From Prochlorococcus sp. AG-347-E23 (GTDB lineage: Bacteria; Cyanobacteriota; Cyanobacteriia; PCC-6307; Cyanobiaceae), in contig QCBH01000003.1 of NCBI GenBank assembly GCA_003281685.1, positions 48,234-112,233 on the forward strand: a DNA stretch of 64,000 bases, read 5' to 3'. The notes below the pieces were generated by a model. That model did not search any database, was not told the origin of the DNA, and saw nothing but the letters and a program-made list of their open reading frames with translations. This document shows positions 63,053-64,000 of this stretch, piece by piece. The first letter of the stretch is position 1. Every line of letters begins with the position of its first letter. The position numbers and the translations under genes were made by a program.

Positions 63053-63077
63053 AGCGAGTTTCCCGACTCGCTTTTTT
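63053..63077 (+). terminator. Intrinsic terminator after the partial tRNA-Pro
   Basis: AGCGAGT-TTCCCG-ACTCGCT followed by a T-run. Confidence 0.75.
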
Positions 63078-63104
63078 ATTTCTCATTTGTCTTAAAATCT
63101 CTGC

Positions 63105-63164
63105 GGGCGAGGAATGGGCGAGGATTTGTATAGCTTTGGAATACTTTGGAGGTTAGCTCGCCCG
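63105..63164. repeat. Second arm-type repeat array (different word) beyond the distal att
   Basis: GGGCGAGGA at 63105 and 63116 (11-bp period), inverted GCTCGCCCG at 63156-63164. Confidence 0.7.
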
Positions 63165-63170
63165 TTATAA

Positions 63171-63419
63171 CTAGAAATAAGACCTAAAGATACTAGTCTT
63201 TTTCCAACCCTCATCTAGTAATTGTTTATATTCTTTTCTTGCAGCCTCAACAGTTTCTACCCTGCTACCTTTCATAACTGGTTTACTACTTCTCTTGTAA
63301 ACACAACCATAGGAAATCATCATTGCATCAATACTAGGACTAGGTTTTGATACATCCTCAAATGGTTCAAATACTTTTATCCTATTTCTTTCATTATTTA
63401 TGAGAATAAATCTCTCCAT
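63171..63419 (-). CDS. DUF1651-like small protein
   Basis: Start placed at MERFIL (TAATG overlap with the upstream stop); C-terminal ARKEYKQLLDEGWKK pattern recalled for DUF1651. Confidence 0.6.
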   Translation of the reverse strand: MERFILINNERNRIKVFEPFEDVSKPSPSIDAMMISYGCVYKRSSKPVMKGSRVETVEAARKEYKQLLDEGWKKTSIFRSYF

Positions 63420-63688
63420 TACTTGCCTTTTGATAAAAGATAATTTAAAAAAATACCTCCCGAAACTAATAAACATCCCATAGCAACAAATCCAAGTAAA
63501 TCTATTAATGATTTATCAGTATTTATTTTTAGAAAAGTTAAAGCAAAAGCTATTGGAGGGAATAATAATATTGCTTTTGGAATGAGCGCCTGATTCCATT
63601 TCTTTATATTTGTATCTTCTTCGTTTAGCTCTTGATACATCTTTTCCAGTTTTTTTCTTTCTTCTTCCATTAAATAAGCAATAAGCAA
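63419..63688 (-). CDS. Hypothetical 2-TM membrane protein
   Basis: Charged N-terminus (probable start MEEER at 63673) then two hydrophobic helices; stop overlaps the next ATG. Confidence 0.65.
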   Translation of the reverse strand: MLIAYLMEEERKKLEKMYQELNEEDTNIKKWNQALIPKAILLFPPIAFALTFLKINTDKSLIDLLGFVAMGCLLVSGGIFLNYLLSKGK

Positions 63689-63739
63689 ATAATTGCTCCT
63701 ATACTAAAAATTAAGCTCCACCCTTGCGAGTTAATTTTC

Positions 63740-63850
63740 ATTGATAAATATCAAGTAATTTTATATAAATTCCTAACAATACTAATGTTGCTAAACCTCC
63801 TCCAATAAATATATTTGGTTGATTATTCCAAAGATTAGTTAAATATTCCA
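63740..63850 (-). CDS. Possible small single-TM protein (36 aa, TTG start)
   Basis: Manual translation (M)EYLTNLWNNQPNIFIGGGLATLVLLGIYIKLLDIYQ. Confidence 0.35.
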
Positions 63851-63893
63851 AAAAAAAAATTACTCATTATATAGAGTAATTTATTTGAAATAT

Positions 63894-63998
63894 TCAATCA
63901 GTGCTGATTTTAATATCTTCTTTTTCTTCGGTTAACTCCTTTAATTCCTCTTTAGGTTCTTCAGGCCAGGCAATATCAAATCTCGCAATCTCTTCTGT
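63894..63998 (-). CDS. C-terminal end of an acidic protein continuing beyond the window
   Basis: Open frame TEEIARFDIAWPEEPKEELKELTEEKEDIKISTD then stop. Confidence 0.5.
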   Translation of the reverse strand, partial: TEEIARFDIAWPEEPKEELKELTEEKEDIKISTD

Positions 63999-64000
63999 CG

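Noticed and set aside
61157-63164. Short repeats read as a CRISPR array
   Set aside because: The repeats are 8-12 bp, there are no spacer-sized unique intervals, and no cas genes are present.
63857-63882. 9-bp inverted repeat AAATTACTC-N8-GAGTAATTT
   Set aside because: AT-rich and lies just past a gene end; cannot tell operator from weak terminator or chance.

Overview
AT-rich picocyanobacterial chromosome segment. Gene content and order, a single-helix hli gene and tandem som porins point to a high-light Prochlorococcus (inference). Positions 1 to ~55.8 kb are dense core genome: leuA, folD, crtE, cobB, opcA-zwf-petH, tRNA-Glu, sasA, prs, malQ, clpC, lysA-cdaA-uppS-bioB, lipA, recR, psbP, deaD, recD-recB-recC, pdxJ, bolA-grxD, crtH, trmFO, psbY. 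After tRNA-Lys (55781-55852) the sequence becomes island-like: an hli gene with an HLR1 box, two porins sharing an apparently identical 1005-bp barrel and terminator segment, small unannotated ORFs and tRNA-Pro. The most notable structure is a 1937-bp unit bounded by a 47-bp direct repeat of the tRNA-Pro 3' half. It has no integrase and carries one secreted trypsin-like protease, yet keeps a symmetric recombinase core and matching repeat arrays at both inner ends. A second element end with the same layout but a different repeat word follows it. The protease shares a C-x10-C peptide module with the neighbouring secreted protein outside the element. All calls come from reading the sequence and the ORF track; no database searches were run.
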